Below the pieces are notes generated by a model, which was given only the letters and a program-made list of their open reading frames with translations, did not search any database and was not told the origin of the DNA. Both the position numbers and the translations under genes were made by a program. Source: Nitrospirota bacterium (lineage in GTDB: Bacteria; Nitrospirota; Thermodesulfovibrionia; Thermodesulfovibrionales; Dissulfurispiraceae). From it: a DNA stretch of 23,663 nucleotides. The stretch's first letter is position 1; each line of letters opens with the position of its first letter. The DNA is taken from assembly GCA_040754455.1 (NCBI GenBank), contig JBFMCP010000041.1:1-23663 (forward strand), in the 5' to 3' direction. Shown here piece after piece: positions 8,976 through 17,715 of this stretch.

Positions 8976-10009
8976 TTATGCAGCCCCTCTCTTCTCAGGT
9001 CTCAGGAACAGGAGATCGTATACGATGATGAGCACGCCGATGAAAAAGAAGACGCCTATAAACAATGTCACTCCCATCCATGTCCTCAAAAGATGCCAGC
9101 GCCGAGGAAATGGAAGACTGCACCGCCGATCGCCAACGTCCAGGTAAGGGGATTCCTGATCTCTTGTTTACGCTCTTTGACATGTTTCATCGTATCGATC
9201 ACCATCAGGAGGATCGGCAGCGGCTCGAGGGCTGAAAAGATGCCGCCGAACCAGAGCCAGTATTTCGGTGCGCCGATCCAGTAATAGTGGTGTCCGGTGC
9301 CGGTGATGCCGGTAAAGAGGAAGAGACCTAATTCGACATAGAGCCATTTCTCCACAACGTGGCGCTCCACGCCGGTCAGTCTCAGCAGAATGAAGGCGAT
9401 GATCGCCGCAGTGACCAGCTCCCACGCCCCCTCGACCCAGAGGTGGACGACCCACCACCAGTAGTACCAATCGATCACTTCGTTTTTATAAAAGGGGATG
9501 CCGAAGAGATAAAGGAGCGCAAGGAAGGTGAGCCCGCCGAGGAGCGTCCCCTGAATGGCGGTCCAGCGCTTCGCCTTGAACATGGTTGCACCGACATTGA
9601 AGAGGAAGATGAGCGCTCCGATGACGACGATGAAATCGAGGGGCCGTGGAATCTCGAGGAGCGGGCGGCCCTGCGTCCATCCGAAAAGAAAGCCTATCAG
9701 CGCGATAACGCCGGTTGCAACCAACGCAACCAGCTGTATCAACGCAAGCTTTGGAGAAAATATTTCCCTCCCCGTTTCTTCCGGGGTGATGTAATAGGTG
9801 CCGCCCATGAAGCCGAGAATCATCCAGAGCACCAGGAGGTTGGTATGCATGGCGCGGGCGGTGGAGAAAGGGAACGCATCGACGATCCACTGAGGGACGG
9901 TAAAGGTATAATTGACCGCCAGCCACAGCCCCAGCATGACCTGCAGCACAAAGAGGAGCAGGGCGACTCTGAAATACCAGTGGGCAATTCTCTGTGATTG
10001 ATAGTGCAT
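8976..10009 (-). pseudogene. norB: Nitric oxide reductase large subunit with internal deletion and frameshift
   Basis: The 307-aa ORF (10009-9086) has HTNLLVLW, WWWVVHLWVEGAWE, GTGHHYYWIG and SALEPLP, then stops after FHFLGAGIF. A different frame (9089-8976) encodes LRTWMGVTLFIGVFFFIGVLIIVYDLLFLRPEKRGAA*, which resembles the last NorB helix. The helices between them, including HxH, are absent. Confidence 0.85.
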
Positions 10010-10019
10010 CGCGACCTCC

Positions 10020-10721
10020 TTATTTCAGGCCCGCCAGGAACCGGGCCGCCTCGTCCAGTTCCTTGTCCGAAAGATCTGATTGTGGGGGCATCAGGGCATC
10101 GGGATTGACGCTCTTCGGGTCTTTTATATATTGCCTGATCTGATCTGCCGTGAGCCTCCGTCCTACAGTGTCGAGCGGTGGGCCCATGGTCCCGCCTTTG
10201 CCCTGGAGCGAATGGCAGTTCAGGCATCCCCGGTTTTGCACCACTGCTGCGCCGGGTGAGAGGCCTCTGGCGATGATGGCTATTTCCTCGCTCCTCGTCA
10301 TGCGCTTTGTGCTGTCCTGCGGAGGCCAGTCGCCGTTGTCGATTTCCCCAACCCAGGTGAAGAAGGCCAGGAGGCTGTCGATCTCGGCATCGGTAACTCC
10401 CTGGTGAGGCATCTTCCGCCAGGAGTTGGCAAAGGCCTTTTCGGGATTCTTGATCCGGAACCGTATCCCGTCGGTGCCGACGCGCTGCACCACCTTTGTC
10501 ATATCAGGAGCATAATAGCCGCCGAAGCCGAGGATTGTGTGGCAGTCATTGCAGTTGTACTTCTCAAAGACGCGCTTCCCTTCAATGACCTGAGCGGAGA
10601 GTTTATCGGCATTCGAGAGGACCTCAACCTGCCGGTGCGTATCCCAAGTGAGTGCGAGGAAGAGGATTGCCGAGGAGAGGGTTCCCAAAACAAAAATCCA
10701 GAAGGCTGTCTTCTTGCTCAT
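10020..10721 (-). CDS. norC: Nitric oxide reductase cytochrome c subunit with an extra C-terminal cytochrome c domain
   Basis: N-terminal TM anchor, then GKRVFEKYNCNDCHTILGFGGYYAPDMT, RKMP and WPP; a second GCLNCHS...GPPL...PDALMP follows. GGAGG RBS; directly upstream of norB. Confidence 0.92.
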   Translation of the reverse strand: MSKKTAFWIFVLGTLSSAILFLALTWDTHRQVEVLSNADKLSAQVIEGKRVFEKYNCNDCHTILGFGGYYAPDMTKVVQRVGTDGIRFRIKNPEKAFANSWRKMPHQGVTDAEIDSLLAFFTWVGEIDNGDWPPQDSTKRMTRSEEIAIIARGLSPGAAVVQNRGCLNCHSLQGKGGTMGPPLDTVGRRLTADQIRQYIKDPKSVNPDALMPPQSDLSDKELDEAARFLAGLK

Positions 10722-10865
10722 GATGCCTCCACAGGAATTTTATTTGTTTGTGATACAAGTCTATTACACAAAAATGTTGGTTTCAATGGTTACAGAATGT
10801 AGCTTTAGCCGAACAAATAGGTCCACAAGAGATCTACGGATAATAGACGCGTATCGAGTAGGTTC

Positions 10866-11948
10866 TTAATGAATGCTTAAAGAATCGGCGAGGGTCTTAT
10901 GCGTAATCTCACCATGAAAGGTGTTCAGGGCGCTTCTGAGGGGTGAGTCCTCTCTGACTGCCCAATCGATGCCGTTCTTCGCGAGCATTCTTACATAGGG
11001 GAACGTGGCGTTGGTCAGCGCCAGGGTCGATGTCCGCGGATAGGCGCCGGGCATATTGGCGACGGTGTAATGAATAATACCATCAACCTCATAAACGGGG
11101 TTATCGTGAGTCGTGGGGCGCGAGGTCTCGACGCATCCGCCCTGATCGATGGAGACATCGACGATCACCGATCCCTTTTTCATGGTCCTGAGCATTTCCC
11201 TGGTAATTAAGACCGGCGCTCTCCCTCCGGGGATCAGCACCGCGCCGATAATGACATCGGCACTCTTGATTTCCTCTCTGATGACATACGGCTCTGAAGG
11301 CAGAGTGCTTATCATTCCCCGGTGTAGTTCGTCCAGTCTCTGCAGACGCTCGGTCCCTCTGTTGATTACCGTTGTGCTCATACCGAGACCGATACTTACC
11401 CGTGCTGCGTTGCTCCCAACGACGCCTGCGCCGAGGATTACCGCCTTCGCTGGTTTCACACCGACCGTGCCGGTAGGCAGGATACCGTTACCGCCGCGAA
11501 ACTTCTGGAGGTAGTAGGCGCCCATGAGCGGCGCCATCCTCCCAGCGATTTCGCTCATCGGGGCGAGCAGCGGCAAAATGCCGTCTTTCGCGAGGGTCTC
11601 GTAGGCAAAAGCGGTGACATTCTTCTTGAGGAGCAGATCGATGAGGGGGCGGTTGGGCGCAAGATGGAGATAGGTGAAGATCGCCTGTCCCCCTCTGATG
11701 AGATCGAACTCTTCAGGCAGGGGCTCTTTCACTTTCACGATAAGCTCTGCGCTGCCGAACACCGTTCCCCGGTCCGTTATAGACGCTCCCGCTGCTGCGT
11801 ATTCCTCATTCGAAAATCCACTGCCTTCTCCTGCTGCAGTTTCGATTAGGACGGTGTGGCCCTCTTCCCTCAGCTCTCCGACACCCGAAGGGGTGATGCT
11901 GACCCTGTATTCCTCTTTCTTGATCTCTTTCGGGACGCCGATGATCAT
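10866..11948 (-). CDS. ald: Alanine dehydrogenase
   Basis: MIIGVPKEIK, KVKEP, FTYLHLA, LLAPMSEIAGR, GAGVVG, DVSIDQGG, VANMPGAYPRTSTLAL. ATG at 11948 follows AAGGAG. Confidence 0.98.
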   Translation of the reverse strand: MIIGVPKEIKKEEYRVSITPSGVGELREEGHTVLIETAAGEGSGFSNEEYAAAGASITDRGTVFGSAELIVKVKEPLPEEFDLIRGGQAIFTYLHLAPNRPLIDLLLKKNVTAFAYETLAKDGILPLLAPMSEIAGRMAPLMGAYYLQKFRGGNGILPTGTVGVKPAKAVILGAGVVGSNAARVSIGLGMSTTVINRGTERLQRLDELHRGMISTLPSEPYVIREEIKSADVIIGAVLIPGGRAPVLITREMLRTMKKGSVIVDVSIDQGGCVETSRPTTHDNPVYEVDGIIHYTVANMPGAYPRTSTLALTNATFPYVRMLAKNGIDWAVREDSPLRSALNTFHGEITHKTLADSLSIH

Positions 11949-12016
11949 TGCGAGCTCCTTGATCAAATAGGATGTTTTTTCACTCACATATTAGCATAAA
12001 ACGGGGAGAAGAAAAA

Positions 12017-12076
12017 GGATCCAGAATCCAGATTTATTCAGACTCCTGACTCCTGGATTCTGGCTCCTGGCTTCTT
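12017..12076. repeat. Palindromic heptamer array in the ald/nnr divergent intergenic region
   Basis: Left GGATCCAGAATCCAG (12017-12031) pairs 14/15 with CTGGATTCTGGCTCC (12053-12067). The right arm reads TATTCAG ACTCCTG ACTCCTG GATTCTG GCTCCTG GCTTCTT. Confidence 0.8.
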
Positions 12077-12089
12077 CTTTTTCTGTTAA

Positions 12090-12098
12090 TGATATAAT
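12090..12098 (+). promoter_or_regulatory. Extended -10 promoter element for the nnr operon
   Basis: TGaTATAAT about 40 nt upstream of the nnr start. Confidence 0.5.
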
Positions 12099-12139
12099 AA
12101 CTCCGCAATTGCTGCTACAATTTTACGAGAGGGAGACCT

Positions 12140-13681
12140 ATGAAAGTTGTTACCGCAGAGGAGATGAGAGAGATCGACCGCAGTACCATCGAGGGCTACG
12201 GGATTCCGGGCTCTGTCCTCATGGAGCGGGCGGGGCTTGCCGTTGCGTCAAGGGTACGTGCGCTCTCGCTCCCGAACAAGGTGCTTGTTCTCTGCGGCGG
12301 CGGCAACAATGGCGGCGATGGTCTGGTCGTTGCGCGTAACCTCTTCAACTGGGGATTCAATGTGAAGGTTCTGATGACCGCGAAAAGGGATTCGCTCAGC
12401 CCTGATTGCAGACAGCAATTTCAGATCGCAAAGGAAATCGGTCTGCCCATAGAATACCGCACGAAGCTGACAAGAGCGGATATTCACAGCGCAGTGGTCG
12501 TCGACGCAGTCTTTGGCACCGGGCTCAGCAGGCCGGTAAGGGGGGAGGTAGCCGGGATATTCGCCTTCCTCAATAACTCTGCAGCAACAGTCATCGCAGT
12601 GGATATACCCTCGGGCATCTCCTCTGACACGGGAGATGTCCTCGGGGAAGCGCTCATGGCTGATTATACGGTCACCTTCGGCCTACCCAAGCGTGGACAC
12701 CTGCTTGGGCCCGGCGCTGCCTATACAGGGAGGTTATTCGTTGAGGATATCGGATTTCCCTCAAAGCTGCTCACTGCGGATGCTCTCAAGGTCTCGCTGG
12801 TCAGCAGAGAGATGATCGCCCCGCTGCTCCCTCCCCGCCAGCGGGATGCGCACAAAGGAGATTTCGGACATATACTGGTGATTGCCGGGGCCAGGGGCAA
12901 GACCGGCGCTGCCCTGATGACGGCAAAGGCATGTCTCAGGAGCGGTGCAGGGCTTGTGACGCTTGCGGTGCCCGAGTCTCTCGCAGATGTTATCCAGGGC
13001 AGGGTTACTGAGGAGATGGTCCTGCCGCTCCCCGATGACGGCAGCGGTATGTTCTCATCAAGGGCGCTCGACGATATTTTCCCCTTTATTGAGAAGAGGG
13101 CGGACATTATTGCCATCGGTCCGGGTATCGGTGTATCAGAGGAGACTACGGCCATTATGACCGAGCTCGTCCAAAGATCGACGGTGCCGATGGTCATCGA
13201 TGCGGATGGACTGAATTCCCTCAGCGCATCGTTCAAAAGTGAGCACGAGGTGCAGGACGCCTTCAGGAGGGCGAAATCTCCGCTGGTCCTCACTCCCCAT
13301 CACGGTGAAATGGCACGGCTTGTCCATTGTTCCCTGAGCACGGACCGTATTGCAACAGCACTATCTTTCGCACAATCGACAGGGACCTGTCTTGTACTGA
13401 AGGGCGGCCCCACCATTACCGCCTCACCGGAAGGCGACGCCTTTATCAATCCGACAGGCAATCCCGGCATGGCCACGGGTGGATCGGGCGATGTGCTCAC
13501 CGGCATTATTGCCGCTTTGCTGGGGCAGAGCCTTAATCCGGTTAATGCCGCTGTCTACGGTGTCTATCTCCATGGACTCGCGGGCGACAAGGCTGCGGAG
13601 GTAAAAGGAGAACAGGCATTGATCGCTTCCGACATTATCGATGCGCTCCCCGGTGCCTTCAGGGAAATCATCAATGGGTGA
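12140..13681 (+). CDS. nnr: Bifunctional NAD(P)H-hydrate epimerase/dehydratase
   Basis: LMERAG, GGGNNGGDG, DAVFGTG and DIPSG (YjeF_N domain); HKGDFG, IGPGIG, IDADGL, LTPH.GE and MATGGSGDVLTG (kinase-fold domain). Confidence 0.98.
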   Translation: MKVVTAEEMREIDRSTIEGYGIPGSVLMERAGLAVASRVRALSLPNKVLVLCGGGNNGGDGLVVARNLFNWGFNVKVLMTAKRDSLSPDCRQQFQIAKEIGLPIEYRTKLTRADIHSAVVVDAVFGTGLSRPVRGEVAGIFAFLNNSAATVIAVDIPSGISSDTGDVLGEALMADYTVTFGLPKRGHLLGPGAAYTGRLFVEDIGFPSKLLTADALKVSLVSREMIAPLLPPRQRDAHKGDFGHILVIAGARGKTGAALMTAKACLRSGAGLVTLAVPESLADVIQGRVTEEMVLPLPDDGSGMFSSRALDDIFPFIEKRADIIAIGPGIGVSEETTAIMTELVQRSTVPMVIDADGLNSLSASFKSEHEVQDAFRRAKSPLVLTPHHGEMARLVHCSLSTDRIATALSFAQSTGTCLVLKGGPTITASPEGDAFINPTGNPGMATGGSGDVLTGIIAALLGQSLNPVNAAVYGVYLHGLAGDKAAEVKGEQALIASDIIDALPGAFREIING

Positions 13682-14357
13682 GCCGGTTGTTGTTCCTCCC
13701 CTCTTCCGTGGGCAGCATGTGCAGGGCTTTTTTACGACGAAGGCACTGAACGGCGATCCGAAGGCCCTTGCCGGATTCCTGAACATCGATGAGAGGGATA
13801 TCTATCTTCCCATCCAGAAGCATACGGACAAAATCGTGATTGTGGACCATGATATGGAAGCGAAGATCGCCGACGCGGTAATCACCGGCAGAAAGGGAAT
13901 TTTCATCGGCGTCCGGGTGGCCGATTGCGTCCCGATTCTTCTCTATGACCGGAAAAAGCGGATCTCCGGTGCTGTTCATGCCGGCTGGAGGGGAACAGCG
14001 GAAGAGATCCTGAAGAAGACGATAGCGCTTATGATGAGCAGGTTTTATTCATCGCCCGAAGATATCCTCATGGCGGTCGGTCCGAGCATAAAATGGTGCT
14101 GCTACGAGGTGGGCCATGAGGTGATCGAAGCGGTCGTCAAAGTGAACGGTGAGGGAGCATATTATAAAACAAAAGGCGAGAAGTATTGTATCGACCTGCC
14201 GAGTGCCAATTTGCAGCAGGCGCTTTCGCTCGGCATCCCCGCTGCAAATATCTGGATCTCTGATGAGTGCACCTTCTGCAAGCCGGACAGGTTCTATTCC
14301 TACCGCTTTGCGAAGGGGAGCACGGGGCGCCAGGGAGGCTTCATCGGAATTGTCTGA
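13674..14357 (+). CDS. pgeF: Peptidoglycan editing factor / purine nucleoside phosphorylase YfiH family
   Basis: QKH, VADCVPILL, HAGWRG, GPSI..CCYEVG, CTFC, FYSYR, GRQ. ATG at 13674 overlaps the end of nnr. Confidence 0.95.
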   Translation: MGEPVVVPPLFRGQHVQGFFTTKALNGDPKALAGFLNIDERDIYLPIQKHTDKIVIVDHDMEAKIADAVITGRKGIFIGVRVADCVPILLYDRKKRISGAVHAGWRGTAEEILKKTIALMMSRFYSSPEDILMAVGPSIKWCCYEVGHEVIEAVVKVNGEGAYYKTKGEKYCIDLPSANLQQALSLGIPAANIWISDECTFCKPDRFYSYRFAKGSTGRQGGFIGIV

Positions 14358-14401
14358 TACGGTATAATATCTTGATAAGAATGTCTGATAAAGGAGAGGC
14401 G

Positions 14402-14854
14402 ATGCTGAGGGCAAAAGATATAATGACAAAGGATGTGATTACTGTAACGCCGACAACCACGGTCGAGGATCTGGCGCGGATATTGACGGAGCACAAGATC
14501 AGCGGTGCCCCTGTTGTGAACGAGAACGGTGAGTTGATAGGCGTGGTGACCGAGACCGATCTCATCAGCCGCAACAAGCGGCTCCATATTCCGACGGTGA
14601 TGCGGCTCTTCGATGCCTATATCATGCTCGAAAGCCCCTCGAAGATAGAGCAGGAGATCAAAAAGATGGCCGCTGTTACGGTAAACGATATCTATACCCG
14701 CCATGTTATCACGGTGACCGAAGATACCACTATTGAGGATGTGGCGACGATTATGTCCGATAGGAAGGTGTATCTCCTTCCCGTTGTCGAGGGCAGAACA
14801 ATCAAGGGCATTATCGGGAAGATGGACCTGATCAAAGGAATCGGCAAAAAATAG
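14402..14854 (+). CDS. CBS domain pair protein
   Basis: AKDIMTKDVITV, ISGAPVV..GELIGVVTETDL, and a second CBS copy (LPVV..IKGIIGKMDL). AAGGAGAGG RBS; TATAAT at 14363-14368. Confidence 0.93.
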   Translation: MLRAKDIMTKDVITVTPTTTVEDLARILTEHKISGAPVVNENGELIGVVTETDLISRNKRLHIPTVMRLFDAYIMLESPSKIEQEIKKMAAVTVNDIYTRHVITVTEDTTIEDVATIMSDRKVYLLPVVEGRTIKGIIGKMDLIKGIGKK

Positions 14855-14859
14855 TCCTC

Positions 14860-14968
14860 TGTTCACCGTTTGCTGTTCATTGTTCATAGCGAGATTCCTT
14901 TGTCGATGAGCGGTCAACTATGAACTATGAACCATGAGCGGTGAACAGTGATCGGTGAGCTATGGACA
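14860..14968. repeat. Inverted heptamer arrays between the CBS gene and tsaE
   Basis: Left arm TGTTCAC CGTTTGC TGTTCAT TGTTCAT (14860-14887). Right arm ATGAGCG GTCAACT ATGAACT ATGAACC ATGAGCG GTGAACA GTGATCG GTGAGCT ATGGACA (14906-14968). Confidence 0.88.
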
Positions 14969-15444
14969 GAGGTGTCACGATCATCACCCGTTCCGCTGAA
15001 GAGACGGAGGCGGCGGGATTCGGGCTGGGAGATTATATCAAGGCGCACCGGGGAGCGGGCACGGTTGTTCTCTACGGAGACCTCGGCGCGGGCAAGACGA
15101 CCTTTATCAAAGGCATTGCCTCGGCCTTCGGGATCGCCGGGAGAGATATCGGGAGCGCCAGTTTCGTTATCGCTGCCGAATATGAGACGATGCCGCCCTT
15201 CTACCATATCGATCTCTACAGGATCGAAAACGAGGAAGACATCGAAGGCGCGGGCATATGGGAGTATATAGAATCGGGTGGTATCGCGGTCGTTGAATGG
15301 GCAGAACGGCTTCCGGAGATTCCCGAGGGCAGTATAAAGGTCAGTATCACTTATCGGGATGCGACCTCCCGGGAGATCAGCATCGAGGGAATTGAAGATC
15401 CGGCCTTCACAGAGGCCTTCGAGGAGCTCGGCAAAGAGAAATGA
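14962..15444 (+). CDS. tsaE: tRNA threonylcarbamoyladenosine biosynthesis ATPase TsaE
   Basis: GDLGAGKTTF Walker A, S.SF, YHIDLYR, VEWAE. Confidence 0.97.
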   Translation: MDRGVTIITRSAEETEAAGFGLGDYIKAHRGAGTVVLYGDLGAGKTTFIKGIASAFGIAGRDIGSASFVIAAEYETMPPFYHIDLYRIENEEDIEGAGIWEYIESGGIAVVEWAERLPEIPEGSIKVSITYRDATSREISIEGIEDPAFTEAFEELGKEK

Positions 15445-16292
15445 AAAAGATCGGCATCATCTGCAAAATGGGAAGGCCCGAGCCTGTGGAGATCCTGCGA
15501 GGATTCCTCCCGTGGCTCAACGAGAGGGGCTACGAGGTATTCCTCGAGTCGAGGACTGCCGATATGCTCGGCATGCAGGGGTATGCGAGCGAGCAGATTC
15601 CCGGTCTGGCTGATATGGTCATCGTGCTCGGAGGTGACGGCACCATGTTGGGTGTTGCCCGCATGGTCGGCGGCAGGGGGATCCCCATTCTCGGCATTAA
15701 TCTCGGCGGGCTCGGCTTTATTACCGAGATCGGACGTGATGAGATATTCAGCGCCGTAGAAAAGGTGCTTGCCGGCGACTGTTCCGTTGAGGAGAGGATT
15801 ATGCTCGCCGCCTTCGTCCACCGGCAGGAGCGGCAGATCGCCGATTTCGTCGTGCTGAATGATGTGGTCATCAATAAAGGGGCGCTGGCACGGATCATCG
15901 AGCTCGAGACCTATGTGAATAACTTCTATGTCAGCACCTTCAGGGCTGATGGTTTGATTGTCGCGACACCGACCGGCTCCACTGCCTATTCCCTTTCAGC
16001 AGGCGGACCGATCCTGTATCCTACGCTCAACAGCATCGTCATGACGCCTATCTGCCCCCATACGCTTACCAATCGACCGATCGTCCTTCCTGACGATTCC
16101 GTTATAGAGGTGATCATGCGGTCCGAGAGCGAGGATGTCCAGCTTACTCTGGACGGACAGGTGGGATTCTCTTTGCAGAAGGGCGATAAGGTCGCCATTA
16201 GAAAGTCGGGCTTTACTACGAAACTCCTCATTCCCCGCGAGCGCGACTACTTCCAGGTACTCAGGGAAAAGCTCAAGTGGGGTGGGCGGTAA
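15441..16292 (+). CDS. nadK: NAD kinase
   Basis: GGDGT, GINLGGLGF, LNDVV, ADGLIVATPTGSTAYSLSAGGP, PICPH, KLKWG. Confidence 0.99.
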   Translation: MKKIGIICKMGRPEPVEILRGFLPWLNERGYEVFLESRTADMLGMQGYASEQIPGLADMVIVLGGDGTMLGVARMVGGRGIPILGINLGGLGFITEIGRDEIFSAVEKVLAGDCSVEERIMLAAFVHRQERQIADFVVLNDVVINKGALARIIELETYVNNFYVSTFRADGLIVATPTGSTAYSLSAGGPILYPTLNSIVMTPICPHTLTNRPIVLPDDSVIEVIMRSESEDVQLTLDGQVGFSLQKGDKVAIRKSGFTTKLLIPRERDYFQVLREKLKWGGR

Positions 16293-17053
16293 TGATGACT
16301 AGGGAGATGAGGGAGAGTATTGCACAGGTTCTGGAATTTTACCGGGAACTCGGCTTCGAGCGCCTGCCGTTGAACATCCGTAATGCGGTACCCGTAACGC
16401 GTAATGAATTAAAAGAGGAAGACTCCTTTAACTCATCACTCATCACTTGTCACTCATCACCGGCCACGTGTCGCACAGTACGTGACAAAGAGGCCGCCCT
16501 CAAGGAGCTCCGTCAGGAGATCGGCGATTGCCAGCGCTGCAAGCTCGCAAAGGGAAGGACCAATCTCGTCTTCGGCGAGGGCAACAGCAATGCACGCATA
16601 CTGTTTATCGGTGAAGGGCCGGGCGCGGAGGAGGACCGGCAGGGCAGGCCCTTTGTGGGCGACGCCGGACAGCTTTTGACGAGGCTCATCGAGAAGATGG
16701 GACTGAAGAGAGCGGATGTGTATATAGCGAACATCGTAAAATGCAGACCGCCGATGAACCGCGACCCTCAGGACGACGAGATGTCGACCTGTTTCCCTTT
16801 CCTCGACCGCCAGATCGAGATCATTGCGCCGCAGGTGATCGTGGCCCTCGGAAAGATTTCAGCCTATACCCTGCTGGGTGTCGAAGGACCGATCAGCAAG
16901 TTCTCTATTATGCGTACGAGGGGGAAATTCTATGAGTATAAGGGCATCCCTCTGATGCCGACCTTTCATCCTGCTTACCTTCTGAGGAATCCGAAGGACA
17001 AATGGCTCACCTGGCAGGATGCGCAGGCAGTGCTGAGGAAAATTGAGGAATAG
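16292..17053 (+). CDS. Family 4 (Fe-S) uracil-DNA glycosylase
   Basis: CQRC, VFGEG, GEGPG..ED..GRPFVG, KCRPP.NR.P, HPAYLLR. ATG at 16292 overlaps the nadK stop (TAATG). Confidence 0.96.
   Translation: MMTREMRESIAQVLEFYRELGFERLPLNIRNAVPVTRNELKEEDSFNSSLITCHSSPATCRTVRDKEAALKELRQEIGDCQRCKLAKGRTNLVFGEGNSNARILFIGEGPGAEEDRQGRPFVGDAGQLLTRLIEKMGLKRADVYIANIVKCRPPMNRDPQDDEMSTCFPFLDRQIEIIAPQVIVALGKISAYTLLGVEGPISKFSIMRTRGKFYEYKGIPLMPTFHPAYLLRNPKDKWLTWQDAQAVLRKIEE
16379..16475. repeat. In-frame inverted heptamer arrays in the UDG N-terminal linker
   Basis: CGTAATG CGGTACC CGTAACG CGTAATG (16379-16406), a spacer, then TTTAACT CATCACT CATCACT TGTCACT CATCACC GGCCACG TGTCGCA (16427-16475). Confidence 0.82.
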
Positions 17054-17109
17054 CTTTTCTGTCTTTAATTCTTGACTATACTTCTTTCTGCCCTTTAAAC
17101 TAAAAAGCC

Positions 17110-17697
17110 ATGGAAAAGAAAGTACTCAAGGCATTCGAGGATAGTGTCCGCGTCAAGGAGCGATTCGCCAGAGAGAATCTCAGACTCATCATCGAGGTCT
17201 CGAAGCTGATTGCCGATGCGTTTAACGACGGGAAGAAACTCCTCCTCTTCGGCAATGGCGGCAGCGCCTGCGACGCCTCCCATATCGCCGCCGAGTTCGT
17301 TAACCGCTTTAAAAAGGACAGACCCGGCCTGCCCGCCATAGCGCTCAACACCGATACTGCGGTCCTAACCTCCATATCCAATGACTATGACTATGCTGAA
17401 ATCTTTGCCCGCCAGGTGAAGACGCTCGCCGATGCCGGCGATATCGTTATCGCCATAAGCACCAGCGGCGGCTCGAAGAACATCCTCAAGGCAGTGGACG
17501 TGGCAAAAAAAAAAGGCATGACAACCATCGCCTTCACCGGAACAAAAGGGGAGAAATTCGCCTCCAAATGCGATTATGCCTTTGTGGTTCCCACGGACGA
17601 TACCCCGCGCATTCAGGAAACCCACATCACCCTCGGCCATGTGATCTGCCAGATCGTCGAAGAGATACTCTTTGAGGCGCCGAGAAAAAAACAGTGA
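17110..17697 (+). CDS. gmhA: D-sedoheptulose 7-phosphate isomerase
   Basis: GNGGSACDASHIAAEFV, SNDY, ISTSG.S, TPRIQETHI..GH. Confidence 0.98.
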   Translation: MEKKVLKAFEDSVRVKERFARENLRLIIEVSKLIADAFNDGKKLLLFGNGGSACDASHIAAEFVNRFKKDRPGLPAIALNTDTAVLTSISNDYDYAEIFARQVKTLADAGDIVIAISTSGGSKNILKAVDVAKKKGMTTIAFTGTKGEKFASKCDYAFVVPTDDTPRIQETHITLGHVICQIVEEILFEAPRKKQ

Positions 17698-17715
17698 ACC
17701 CAGAATTCTGCCGTT

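Noticed and set aside
9086..9088. TGA in norB as selenocysteine or readthrough
   Set aside because: Reading through gives GHGWE and then another TGA. The NorB-like tail is in a different frame and about 110 aa would still be missing.
10747..10772. FNR/CRP/HcpR-type box upstream of norC (TTTGTG...CACAAA)
   Set aside because: The half-site spacing does not fit TGTGA-N6-TCACA or TTGAT-N4-ATCAA, so it is too weak to call.
14860..14968. Possible CRISPR array
   Set aside because: The units are 7 nt and contiguous, with no 23-47 nt repeats separated by unique spacers, and no cas genes are present.
17054..17100. Pyrimidine-rich udg-gmhA spacer as a heptamer array
   Set aside because: I could not establish a consistent 7-nt phase.
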